Source of the DNA: Chiloscyllium plagiosum
Lineage: Eukaryota
Direction of reading: 5' to 3'
Assembly (NCBI RefSeq): GCF_004010195.1
Contig: NC_057718.1
Span: forward strand, 13,309,549-13,373,548
Length of the DNA: 64,000 nucleotides
The notes beneath the pieces are model-generated. The model was not told where the DNA came from and did no database searches. It saw only the letters and a list, made by a program, of their open reading frames with translations. Position 1 is the first letter of the stretch. Each line of letters begins with the position of its first letter. Made by a program: the position numbers and the translations under genes. Below, piece by piece: positions 51,928-64,000 of this stretch.

Positions 51928-52099
51928 TAAAAACAAGGACTGCAGATACTGGAAACCAGGGTGCCTGCAGAGTGGAGCTCCACTCTGCAGGCACCCTGCC
52001 TCTATTCCTGATGAAGGGCTTTTGCCCGAAACGTCGATTTTCCTGCTCCTCGGATGATGCCTGACCGGCTGTGCTTTTCCAGTACCACTCTAATCTAGA
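51928..52099. mobile_element. 172-bp PLE-derived insert with 14-bp TSD, perfect 42-bp palindrome and intact hammerhead-like core
   Basis: cacttttgcagagg at 51914 and 52100; palindrome at 51957-51998; CTGATGA-A-GGGC-tttt-GCCC-GAAA-CGTC at 52008-52035. Confidence 0.88.
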
Positions 52100-52519
52100 C
52101 ACTTTTGCAGAGGGCCAGCATGGATTTGATGGGCTGCATGGCCTTCTTCTGTGCTGTAACCATTCTATAATTATAAGATTCTATGGAATATGAATGAATA
52201 TTTGACCGTTCAAAATAGAATATTTCTTAAAAACAGCCAAAACAGTCAGGTTCAGGTTCTAGGTTCAGTTACACTCAGAAATTCAGCAAGATTTAAACTG
52301 CTGTTTTTATGTCTTTCAGGAGGGATAAACAAGGACAAAATAAAAAATTGAATTGTCTTTAAAACAAACCTGACTCTCTCAGGAGAATTTATTGATCACC
52401 TTGAAGAAGGATTAAGCTCTCGAAATCCACGCTGACAATTTAATATTTTCTATGTCAAGCAATTAGAAACCTCAATAAATTGAGAAAGTTCCTGTTCCTT
52501 CCCCTGTATTTGTGTAACC

Positions 52520-55500
52520 CTGTGTTGACTGGGACTCCCTTAGTGTCAGGGGCTTGGATGGGGTGGAATTTGTTAGATGCATCCAGAAGGGTTTCTTGAA
52601 GCAATATGGAAAAAGTGCAATTCGGGAAGGGGCCATACCAGACTTGGTATTGGGAAATGAACCCAGCCAAGTGTTTGAACTTTCAGTGGGGAAGCATTTC
52701 AGAAACAGTGACCATAATTCTCTAAGTTTTAAATTACTTACAGATAGGGATAAGAGTAGGCCCTAGGTGAAAGTACTAAAATGGGGGAATGCTAACTATG
52801 ACAATATCAGGCAGGAACTGGAGAATGTAGATTAGGGGGAGCAGTTTGAGTAAGTCCACATCTGTCATGTGAGAATCTTTTACAGGTCAATTGGCTAGAC
52901 TTCAAGACTAGCATGTTCCTGGGAAAATGAAGGATAAGGATGGTAAGATTTGGGAGCTTTGGATGACAAGTGAAATTGAGAACTTAGTCAAAAAGAAAAT
53001 GGAGGCATATGTCAGGTTTAGGAAACAGAAGACTGACAGAGTCCTCAAAGAACATAAATCAGGGAAGAACTCAAACGGGGAGCTAGGAGAGTTAAAAGGG
53101 GTCACGAAACAACCTTGGCTAACAGGATTAAGGAAAATTCCAAGGTGTTTTATGCATACATAAGGAGCAAGCGGGTAGCAAGAAAAAGGGTAGGTCCATT
53201 CAAAGACAAAGAAGGGAATTTATGCATGGAGCCGGAGGAAGTGCGTGAGGTCCTTAACAAATACTTTGCATCAATATTCCTAAAGGAGAAGGACATGATG
53301 GATGGTGAGTCTAGAGAGAGATAATGTTGATATTCTGGGACAGGCCAATATAAAAAGGAGGAAGTGGTGGCAGTTTTGAAAAGCATTAAGGTAGAACTGT
53401 CCCCATGGTCTGCTGGGATTTATATCCCAGAATACTGAGGGAGGGGAGGGACAAAATTGCTGGTGCTCTGTTCGAAGCCTTTCAACCTGTTCAGTCACAG
53501 GAGAGGTCCCAGAGGACTCGAAAATAGCCAATGTTGTTCCTTTGTTTAAGAACCGCAACTGGGATAATTTGGGAAGTTACATGTCAATAATCCTTACGGA
53601 TCAGTAGTAGGGAAATTATTGGAAGATTCTTAGGAATAGAATTTACTCGTATTTGGAACAATGTAGACTTACTAGTGATAGCCAGCATGACTTTGTGTGG
53701 GGAAGATCACATCTCACAAATTTGAGTTTTTTGAGGAAGTGACAAAGGTGATTGATGAAGGCACAGCGGTAGATGTCTACATGCACTTTAGCAAGGCCTT
53801 TGACAAAGTTCCCTATGGCAGGCTGACACAGAAGGTGGAGTCACACGGGATCAGCAGTGAGCTGGTAAGATTGATACAGAACTGGTTTAGTCACAGACGA
53901 CAGACAGTAGTGGTGGAAGGGTGTTTCTCTGATTAGAAATATGTGACCAGTGGTATTCTGCGGGTATCAGTGCTGTTGTTTGTAATATATATAAGTGATT
54001 TGGAAGTGAAAGTAGGTGGCCTGATTGGTATGTTTGCAGATGACATAAAGATCAGAGCTGCAGTTTGTGAGGAGGATTGCCAGAGAATACAGCAGGATAG
54101 ATACATTGGAGACTTGGATGGAGAATGGCAGATGGAGTTTAATCTGGACAATGCAAGATGATGTTTTTGGAAGGTCTAATGCAGGAGGGACGTACACGGT
54201 ACAGTACATAGTAGAAACCTTAGTGACATTAACATACCGAGGGACATAGGCATACAGGCCCACAGTTCCCTTAAAGTGGCAGAAGAGTGGATAAGGTGGT
54301 CAAGAAGGCATGTGGCATGTTTGCCTTCAATTGCGAGAGACATAAAAAACTGCAGATGGTAGAATCCAAGGTAAACAAGTAGAAGGCTGGAAGAACACAG
54401 AGAGCCAGGCAGCATCAGGAGGTGAAGAAGTCAATGTTTTGGGCATAACTCTTCTTCAGGACTCAGGGTGGGGGTTAAGGGGAGTTGCAGATAAAAGGGA
54501 AGCGGGGTGGGAGAGATTTTGGGTGGGGAGAGGGGCAGGTTGGTGAGCTAGTGATAGGTGAACACAGGTAGAGGATACGGCCTGGTTGGTCGATGGGAAG
54601 AATGATTCCGATTGGTTGCTGGAAGGAGGGGTCAATCAGAGGAATGGAAGGGAGGAGGAGGGACTGGAATGGGAGTCAGGGGAAGGGAAGGGAGGTTATT
54701 CGAAATTGGAGAACGCATTGTTCCACACTGAAAATGAAGAGTTGTTCCTCCAATTCGCTGTGGCAATGGAGGAGGCCAAGGATGGTCATGTCAGAAAGAG
54801 AGTGGGAGGGGGAATTGAAATGGGTGGTGACTGGGAGGTCAGGTCCATCCCTGTAGGCCCAGCTGAGATGCTTGGCAAAATGTGCCCATTTTATGTTTAT
54901 GTTTGGTCTCCCCAATGTAGAGCAGACCACATCAGGAGCACTGAATACAGAAAACAAAGTACAAAACTTGGAAAGTCATATTGCAGCTGGATTGAACTTT
55001 AGTTAGGCCACATTTGGAATATTGTATACAGTTCTGGTTGCCACACTACCAGAAGCATGTGGAGGCTTCAGAAAGGGTACAGAATTGGTTTACCAGGATG
55101 TTACCTGGTTTGTTTGCTAGAATAGAATAGTCATTTATTGTCACTTGTTTGTGAAAAGTGAAATAGTGAAAAGTTTGTGTCACCATACCACAGTATCTAT
55201 ATTAATAACAGACAGCATAGATGAGCAAAAATTAAGACATGAGGAGTGATTGGACAAACTTGGTTTGTTTTCACTTGAACTTCAGAGGCTGACGGGGTGA
55301 CCTGACAGTCTTTACAAAATTATGAGAGGCATGGATAGAATGGATAGTTGGAGTCCTTTTCGCAGAGTATAAATGTCAATTATTAGACAACACAGGTCTT
55401 AGGTAAAACAGGGAAAGTTTAAAGGAGATGTGAGAGGCAAGATATTTTTTACACAGAGGGTGGTAAGTGCCAGGAATGTGCCGTGAGGGGAGATGATGGA

Positions 55501-55650
55501 GTCAGATACTATAGCAGCATGTAGCATCTTGTCAGATATATGAATAGGCAGAGAATAGAGGGATAAGGACCTCTCAGGCAAAAGGATTTTAGTGTAGAAA
55601 TACATCATGTGCCATTGCAGTCTTGGTGAGCAAAAGGGCCTGTTCCTGTG
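52520..55650 (+). mobile_element. Long degenerate CR1 LINE (endonuclease end through 3' tail) with a nested PLE fragment (~54340-54940, -)
   Basis: DLVLGNEP...SDHN (APE C-terminus), KENSKVFYAYI, FSKAFDKVP and MFADD. The nested ORF 54676..54957 is GIY-YIG-like (HFNSPSHS). Confidence 0.88.
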
Positions 55651-55654
55651 CTGT

Positions 55655-55960
55655 CATTACATTACATTACATTACAGTGTGGAAACAGGCCCTTCGGCCC
55701 AACAAGTCCACACCGCCCCGCCGAAGCGCAACCCACCCATACCCCTACATTTACCCCTTACCTAACACTACGGGCAATTTAGCATGGCCAATTCACCTGA
55801 CCTGCACATCTTTGGTGGGAGGAAACCGGAGCACCCGGAGGAAACCCACGCCGACACGGGGAGAACGTGCAAACTCCACACAGTCAGTCGCCTGAGGCGG
55901 GAATTGAACCCAGGTCTCTGGCGCTGTGAGGCAGCAGTGCTAACCACTGTGCCACCCGTG
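55655..55960 (-). mobile_element. Young HE1-type SINE with a (TAATG)n tail
   Basis: CpG-rich intact head cacgggtggcacagtggttagc...gggttcaattccc; cattacattacattac at 55655-55675. Confidence 0.88.
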
Positions 55961-57819
55961 CTGTCCTGTTCTTCCTTCTCTGTTCCTCGGTAACAAATAG
56001 GAGCCGCGAGTATTATCCACTGGGGACTTGACTCTATGGTAGGGACAAGATTAGAGTGGTGCTGGAAATGCACTGGAAGTCAGGCAGCATCCGAGGAGCA
56101 GGAAAATCGACATTTTGGGCAGGAGCCCCTCATCGGGAATGGTAGGGAGGTCATCCAAGGTTGAGGACAGTACTGCCTACGGAGCTCTGAAGCTGCCAAG
56201 CCTCTCTTCCCACATTTTCACGGGAAAGGGCCAGTTTCCTGAGGTGCAGATCTCGTTCAGTTAGTAGCTTCCTTTGAATCGGAATATTATTAACTCTACA
56301 AACATTCCCTGAAGTGCAAAACCGTATTCACTGCCATTCACCGCAATCTCATTTAGAATTCAGCAACTGGTTCCCAGGAACTCTATTAGCCATGTTAAAC
56401 CTGTAACACTGCAATATAACAGATGGTTTCGGGTCATAGTGTCTGCTACTATATCTGTCAGTTCACCAGAGGATTTTGTCTCCGGGGTTGGTGAGTAGGT
56501 CAAACTCTTTCTGATGCTGAAAATCAGGGCCCCACAAACAGTGGGGAGAGTGACGTTTTGTTAGTGAAGCCATTAAATCCCATTTGCCTGAAAATATTCT
56601 CTCAATCTTTCGGTGCACTGGGGCCTACCCACTGCATCACAAGATTCCAGTTTCCCAGCAATTTCAATAACTTCCCTATCACAGTCTTATTGATTCCATT
56701 GGAAGGCAGGACTGGTGGAAAGTTTTCTTGACTCTCATCGCTCATGTTATAACCCAGGTAATCTGACTGGAAAGGAACGTTGTTTATTGTTGAACACCAA
56801 AACAGAGCCACAACTAGTGATGTGCATGGGTTAGTCCCAGCCCGGACAGATAGTTCTACAGACCCATCCCTAGGTCTGCATTATAGTAAGTTCAGGTAAC
56901 GAGCAGGCCATGACCTGTCACCAGTTTCACTCATACTCAACAAGCTCCACTGGGAGATTAATTAGCGAATCCTCATGTACCATGAAGAGTTAACACAGTC
57001 CCGTTATATTTCAGCCCCTTTGGGAGAAAGCCATTGTTGCTTGCTTATTATGCCCGTATCAGCTATTAATGATTTTCTCATATGTGAGAATGAGCTGTGT
57101 GAGTAGGTATTCAGAGTTGTTGGCGATGAAATTGTTCATCTTGTGACTCGGCCACCCACTGATTGTAGAGATCTACACAAACTTAAAGCTTCGAGTTTCC
57201 ACCCACTCGCATACAACCAGACATTATTTCCCTGACAGTTCATCCCAGAGAACAGGGATTGTCAGCCCCTTTACTGAGGCAGGGAACCAAACCCTAAATT
57301 CCCGAAATGTGTCTCTTTCCTGCATAGATCTATAAGAAATGTTATAAAGTATTACCTCTGTGGGAGTCTCTTGCCATTACACTTCAGCTATTGATAAGGA
57401 TGGAGATCCTACTTATTCAAGGGCAGGAGTGTCACCCTAACGTTTCTGACTACCCCACTGAAGATAAGAAAAATAAAGACTAGCATTTGTACAGTGCCTT
57501 TCACAGTTTTGGGATGTCCCAAAGTGCTTTTCAGCTAAGGAAATAAAGTTTGAAATGTGGGTGAAAATGCAGTAGCCAAATTGCGCACAGCAAGCTCCCA
57601 CTGGCTGCAATGAGACAATGTCCAAATCTATTTTCGTGATGTTAGTTTCACTGAGCGCCCAAGTGACTGGGTAGTTGAACGTAACTAATCGGATAGCCCT
57701 TTTAAAGAGCCAACACAATCACAATGGGGTGAGTAGCCTCCTGCTGTGCTTCTTCATTCTAGATTCCATTGTGTAGATATTAGCAAGAGATTTAGTGTGT
57801 GACATTGGTTTAGACAGGA

Positions 57820-58280
57820 TAATAGAGTCATAGAGTCAGAGAGGTGTACAGCATGGAAACAGACCCTTTGGTCCAACTCATCCATGCTGACCAGACATTC
57901 AAAATTAATCTAATCCCAGTTGCCAGCATTTGGCCCATATCCCTCTGAACCCTTCCTATTCATGTACCCATCCAGATGTCTTTCAAATGTTGCAATTGTA
58001 CCAGCCTCCACCATTTCATGTGGCAGCTCATTTCATACACGCACCACCCTCTGCTTGAAAAAGTTGCCCCTTCGGTCCCTTTTAAATCTTGCTTCTCTCA
58101 TCCTAAGCCTATGCCCTCTAGTGCTAGACTCCCCCACCCCAGGGAAAAGACCCGTCTATTTACCTTATCCATTTTTAATTTTTAATTTTAATTTTATGAA
58201 CCTCTATAAGGTCACCCCCCAGCCTCCGACTCTCCAGGGAAAACAGCCCCAGCATATTCAGCCTCTCCCTATAGCTCAAA
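57820..58280 (-). mobile_element. CR1 LINE 3' fragment
   Basis: Reverse complement of the 46880-47335 type sequence. Confidence 0.87.
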
Positions 58281-59804
58281 ATACATTTGTCCCTGAGAAT
58301 AGCAACAGTCTGGTTTAGGAGTTAAAACTAAGCTGGTTCCACTCACACCACGTACAACATATAACTTCTTTGACATCTGCTGGGTGCACTGCACAGATAA
58401 GGTACCATTAGCATTGCTTTAAACAACAACACTGACAACCTCCATTCCTATAAATGCAGAAAAACATCCTGAGACACTTCACAAAATACCAAGTTTCAGA
58501 AACAAATATTAAGATTGAAGACTGAAAGCCCTGGCCTGTGGAACTCATTATCACAGAGGGCTATGGAGGCCAAGTCATTGAGTGTCTTTAAGACAGAGAT
58601 AGATAGGTTCTTGATTAGTAAGGGTTAAGGGGAGAAGGAAGGACGATGGGGTTGAGACACATGTCAACAAGATTGAATGATGGAGCAGACTGGATGGGCC
58701 GAATGGCCTAATTCTGCTCCTATCTTACGATTTTATAGTCTATGATATAGGTGTTAACAGGTGTTAAAGAAAGACAGTGGGTTAGTGAGGTAGAGAGGTT
58801 TAAAGAATGAATTACAGAGCTTGGGGACTAGGGAGCCAAAGACACTGCTGCTAATGGCAGAGCAATTAAAATCGGGGAGGTGCAAGAGACCAGAAGTGGA
58901 GTTTCATAGCTATCTCAGTGGGTTGTGGGGCTGGAGGGTATTACAGACTTATAGGGAAGAGTGAGACCTCAGAGAGATTTGAAACAGTAAGAGAATTTTA
59001 AAACTGAGACATTAGTAGAACTGAGAGCCAATGTAAGTCAGTGAGTATAGGAGAGAATGGATGTTGGTGTCAAGCAAGCAATGGATATTGGTGGACACAA
59101 GCAGCAAAGTTAACAATGCATTCAGGTTTATGGAAGATAGGTTGGTCAACCAGGAGAACATTGAACAATCTGATTTGACTGCTGCTGTAAGTTTTAATTC
59201 TGAAGATGCCCATCCCACCAACCCTGATATAGAAAATCAGAGATCTGCACGCAGGCCATACAACAGGTTAACATGTTGCAGAGAACCATAATCTGCATCT
59301 CACTATTAAGTAACTCCAATACTAATCCAAAAACACACAACTATACCTTGTAAGTGAACATGGCTTAAAAATGACTCCTGGAAGTCACTGCTGAGAAATA
59401 GTGCTTCATCCTCCACTTTTAACAAGATACAAAGGTCAGATGGATACTAGCTTTCCTTAGAGGGTCAGAAATCTCCGAGAGTTAATCACTGCATTGAGAA
59501 AAATTGGCATACTATGTAGTAAGATTAATCCATAAAAATGATATGGTGGTTGGTTTGGAGACAAAGATAGTAAAACAAGCCCATGGATATAAACGAATGT
59601 CTCACAATGCAACGCAAGGTGCTCCTGGTAAAGAGCTGCACAATGAAATCAGGAGTGCGAAGGTTATTGTGCTAAAATTCCAATTTCTTTATCATCTTCA
59701 TCCTTCTCTCTTTTGTTTTTTTTTCCTGACATTAATTCTAGCTTAGTTATAACTTCTGAACAAGGTTACTTAGCTGTGTGTGATTCACCGATAGTTATAC
59801 CTTC

Positions 59805-60500
59805 GGGAGCCAGGTTCGATTCCAGCCTCAGGCGACTGTCTGTGTGGACTTTGCACATTCTCCTCGTGTCTGTGTAGGTTTCCTCCGGGTGCTCCGGTTT
59901 CCTCCCAGAGTCCAAAGATGTGCAGGTCAGGTGAATTGGCTATGCTAAATTGCCCATAGTGTTAGGTGCATTAGTCAGAGGGATATGGGTTACTCTTCGG
60001 AGGGTTACTCTTTGGAGGGTCGGTGTGGTCTTGTTGGGTTAAAGGGCCTGTTTCCACACTGTAAGAAATCTAATCTAAAATCTCATAAAGTCATACAGCA
60101 TGGAAACAGTCCCTTCGGTCAAACTATGCCAACTATCTTCCCAAACTAAACTAGTCCCACTCGCCTGTGTTTGGCCCATTTCCCTTTCAACCTTTCCTAT
60201 TCATGAACTTATCAGAAATATCTTTTGAATATTGTAATTGTACCTGCATCTATCATTTCCTCTGGCGATTCATTCCACATAAAATCACTGTCTGTGTAAA
60301 AACATTGCCCTCATGTCCTTTATTAATATTTCTCCTCTCACCTTAAAAATATGCCCCCTAGTTTTTGAACTCCCCCACCCTAGGGGAAAAGACTTTTGTT
60401 ATTCACCTTATCAATGCCCCTCATGATTTTATAAACGTCTATAAGGTCACCCCTCAACCTCCTAAGCTCCAGTGACAAAAGGTCCCAGCTATCTAGTCTA
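59805..60500. mobile_element. HE1-type SINE (+, ~59805-60075) tail-to-tail with a CR1 3' fragment (-, ~60085-60500)
   Basis: ggttcgattccagcctc...gggcctgtttccacactgt, followed by an inverted CR1 tail. Confidence 0.82.
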
Positions 60501-60736
60501 TTTTCTACTGGCTCCCTTGATTGGCCCAACAGCTTAGACCCTGAAAAATTAATAATCTTATCAAATATAATATAACGTGCATAAAATCATGTTGACTTTG
60601 TCTGATCATACTATAATTTTCCAACTTTGATATTAAGACTTTCTTAACAATAGTTTCTAGAGTTTTCCTAACAGATTTCATACTTCAGACATGTATCTCC
60701 AGTCTTCTACCATGAAGTCAGATAAAATATTTCACT

Positions 60737-61372
60737 AGCAAGTTTTGAGAAGATTTGTAGCTCAGGTTGAGGTTCTGGATGTAGGTTTGCTCACTGAGCT
60801 GGAAGGTTCATTTCCAGATGTTTTGTCACCATACTAGGTAACATCTTCAGTGAGTCTCTGAATGAAACACTGATGGTGTAGCCCGCTTTCTATTGAGATG
60901 CATTAGTGAGAGAGGGTCATGTTGTTTTGTGGCTAATTGATGTTCATATATCCTGGTGGCTAAAACTAGGCTAAAAGAAAAAGACATGACCCACTCCCAC
61001 TTGTATCCTTACATACAGATGAGGAAGGACACCACTTCAACTGGGACAACACATCCATCCTAGGACAAGCCAAACAGAGACACACACGAGAATTCCTAGA
61101 AGCATGGCATTCTAACCGAAACTCGATCAACAAACACATTGACTTGGATCCCATTTACCACCCCCTGAGAAAAAGAACAGGAAATGACATCATCATAGAA
61201 AATGACATCACTACAGGAAATGACATCACCAAGCCAAGGAAACACAAGCATCTGAATAGAAAGCCAGCTACACCATCAGTGCTTCATTCGGCAGCTCACT
61301 GAAGATGTTACCTCGTACGGTGACGAAACATCTGGAAATGAACCTTCCAGCTCAGCGAGCAAACCTACATCC
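60737..61372. mobile_element. Second PLE family: inverted terminal repeats around a GIY-YIG C-terminal fragment, 13-bp TSD
   Basis: + strand translation from ~60990: HHFNWDNTSILGQAKQRHTREFLEAWHS. Arms ~60776-60890 and ~61260-61373 are inverted. aaa(a/t)tatttcact at 60724 and 61373. Confidence 0.85.
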
Positions 61373-61599
61373 AAATTATTTCACTGTTTCTGCCTTTTTC
61401 TCATTACTCCATAACTTGCCCTGTCTCTCCCTCTATGGACCAATGATTACTTTAGCTACTCTCTTCCTTTACAGTTAATGTAGGAATTGGCAATAAATGT
61501 TTGCTGAACTAGTAACACCCACACCCATGAAGAAATAAATGTTAACAAAAAAGTTTGCTTGAACCTAATTGTTTGTTATGCTTTTGTTGTTGATTCCCG

Positions 61600-62690
61600 A
61601 GTGGACCATGGTAACTGGATTTCCTCTGTTGTCAGTTTCCACATACAGGATCGTTAGCTAAAATTAAAAATCATGAAACTGAAGGCTAATCATTGACCTC
61701 ATTAAGAGACTGGTTAGGAGATAGAAAGAGTTGAATAATGGATATGTTTTTGAATAGAAGGTAAGTGATTAGTGATGTCCCACAGGGATCTGTGCTAGGT
61801 CCTCAACTATTCATTATATTTATTAATAATTTAGATAACATAGTGGAGAGCCACGTATCCAAGTTTTCTAATGACACAAAGATTGATGATTTAGTAAGAA
61901 GTGTAGACAGGAGCAAAAAATTACAGAAAGTCAGTGATAGATGAAGTGAGTGGGTGAAACAGTATTAGGTGGATTTCAACATAGGTAAAGATAAGGTTAT
62001 ACACTTTGCATAAAAAAACGATGGGTTCACTATTATCTAAATGATAAAGAATTTTGGACCAGTGAAGGTCCAAGTAGGACTCCGTGAATGCAGATCACAG
62101 AAATGTAGTAGTCAAGTACAAATCACAATCAAAAAGACTAAATAGACTTATATGATAGGTACCGAAACCCTGGTCAGTCATCATCTGAAGTATTGCATAC
62201 TGTTTGCAGTAGGATATGCTGGCCTTGGAAAAAGTGCATTGCAGATGCACCAGAACGTTACCAGGCTCCTAAGATCATGAGAAGAAATATCTAAAATAGA
62301 CTTGCTTTATCTGGAATGTAGAAGGTGAAACGGTGATTTAACTGAGAAGTTTCAGATTTTTTAAACAAATTAATAGGGTGGGTAGTGTGAAACATTTTCC
62401 ACTGGTGAAGAGTCTAGGACAAAGGATACATGATACAAAAATAAATGTCAGGCATTCATTTATGAAAGACCTCTTCACGCAAAGAATGGTCAAAGTGTAG
62501 AATATTCTTCCACAAAAAGAATAGATGATAGGTCAATTAATCATTTTAAATCTGAGATCACTAGCTTTTTGTTAGACAAAAGGATTTTTGGTTATGAAGC
62601 TAAGTTAGCTGGATGGAGTTAAAGGAAAAAATCATAATTTCATTCAGTGGGAGACAGGTTTGAAGCGCTGAAAGACCACCTCCTGTTCCC
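61600..62690 (+). mobile_element. Old CR1 LINE fragment
   Basis: gtcccacagggatctgtgctaggtcc (VPQGSVLGP), a degenerate KFxDD motif and a 3' tail. Confidence 0.78.
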
Positions 62691-64000
62691 ATCACGGAAG
62701 GACTGTAGGGTCTTCTGCATGGACTTTGACCAACTGCACAACTTTCTTCATCCATAAATATCCTGTAGATTGTGTAAATAACAGACACATCACATGGACA
62801 ATTATGCCACTGACTGACTTTTCAACAATTCCATACATACAGGAAGAAGGAATCCAATCAGCTCCTTCAGCCTGTTTCAGTGTTTGTAGAAAAACATTCA
62901 CACTACCATTCTACTAATCTCTTTCAAAATTCTGAAACTCTGCAGCTAAATCACCTTTTCACCTTCTACATTCCAGGTAATGCAAGTCTAGTTTAGATAT
63001 CTCTTCTAATAACCTTTGGAGCCCTGGTGATGTTTTTATGAATCTAAAATGTATTTTCCCAAGACCAACATATCCTGCCCTGAATGGTACATAATACTTC
63101 AGATGATGTCCAACCAGAAACATAGAAAATAAGCCGAGTAGGCCATTCAGCCCGTTGAACCTGTTCCACTATTCAATTGGAACATTTGCAACCCATGAAT
63201 GAATTAAAAAACACAGATACCTTGAGTGCTGTCTTTTAACATCCAATTGCTGTATTGCAATTTCCATTACGTAAAAGCTAGATCTAAAAGATGAATTTGA
63301 TTCTGTAACATTCTTTATACAGTGAAAACAATGGAGAGTTTAAAATAAATGCTTTTCAATTCACGGATCAGACAGCCATTTCTTAGAAATCCATTCTCAT
63401 ATCCTCAAAAGCAAAGGTATGAAAACTGATATTAAAACTCCAATGGTATAATATGTCAAATCTCAGCTCTTTCATGGAAAATAAGTCTCCTCAAAGATAA
63501 TCATTCAAAGAATCATGACTGGTTTATGGTGCTCCAAATGAGTTCATTTTCATTTTTATTGCCTGGGTCTCCAGAATTTTGAGAAGCATTTTGGAGGTTG
63601 TTTTCCATGATTCTGTCCATTTCTAAGTTAGAATATCAGTTTATGGTGACTAAATGAGTCATATTATGTTTTTATTGCTTGGATTCCTGGTTGGCTCATC
63701 AGTATTTTTGCAGCTTAAATTCTGCAATTCTCTCTGGCTTTCTGTGAAATCACGAAGCAGTGGCCTTGATCAAACTTACAGAATTACAATGCCTAACTCT
63801 GGAATTACATTTTGGGGAACTAATGGAATATCCTAAATAAAAAGCTGATAATATTAACATAGTTTTTTTTAATATTAAGGAAGAGCTTTCTTGAAAATTA
63901 AATTGCAGTTTTGGGATATATGTGAAAAGAAATATCTGATGATGAAAGGTCAACTTGAAATGTTACCCTCTGATTCTCTCTACAGATGTTGCCAGACCTG

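Noticed and set aside
56000..64000. TARBP1 3' exons expected from mammalian synteny
   Set aside because: No SpoU methyltransferase motif (e.g. SLNV) was seen in the translations examined.

Overview
Vertebrate nuclear DNA, almost certainly from a shark or other elasmobranch. This is inferred from dense CR1/HER-type LINEs, HE1-type tRNA-derived SINEs and Penelope-like element (PLE) fragments. Two host genes are supported. (1) COA6 on the + strand: probable non-coding exon 1 and YY1/ETS promoter at ~15.6-15.74 kb, coding exons 20727-20870 and 24887-24982, 79 aa. (2) The large, GC-rich terminal coding exon (TM3 to C-terminus, 438 aa) of an orphan rhodopsin-class GPCR resembling GPR161/GPR101, on the - strand at 34957-36273 and tail-to-tail with COA6; its TM1-TM2 exon(s) could not be located. 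The rest is mostly retroelement-derived: a degenerate Tx1-type L1-clade element at 1-2746, many CR1 and Rex1 pieces, and SINEs. There are also many short PLE-derived inserts with hammerhead-ribozyme-like cores, target-site duplications (TSDs) and fold-back structure. Notable structures: a repeatedly hit 14-bp retroposition target (5431-5999), a ~235-bp-arm hairpin in COA6 intron 2, and a 231-bp inverted duplication of flanking DNA around a PLE (43060-44173). An assembly gap lies at 33748-34011. Repeat boundaries were estimated by eye.
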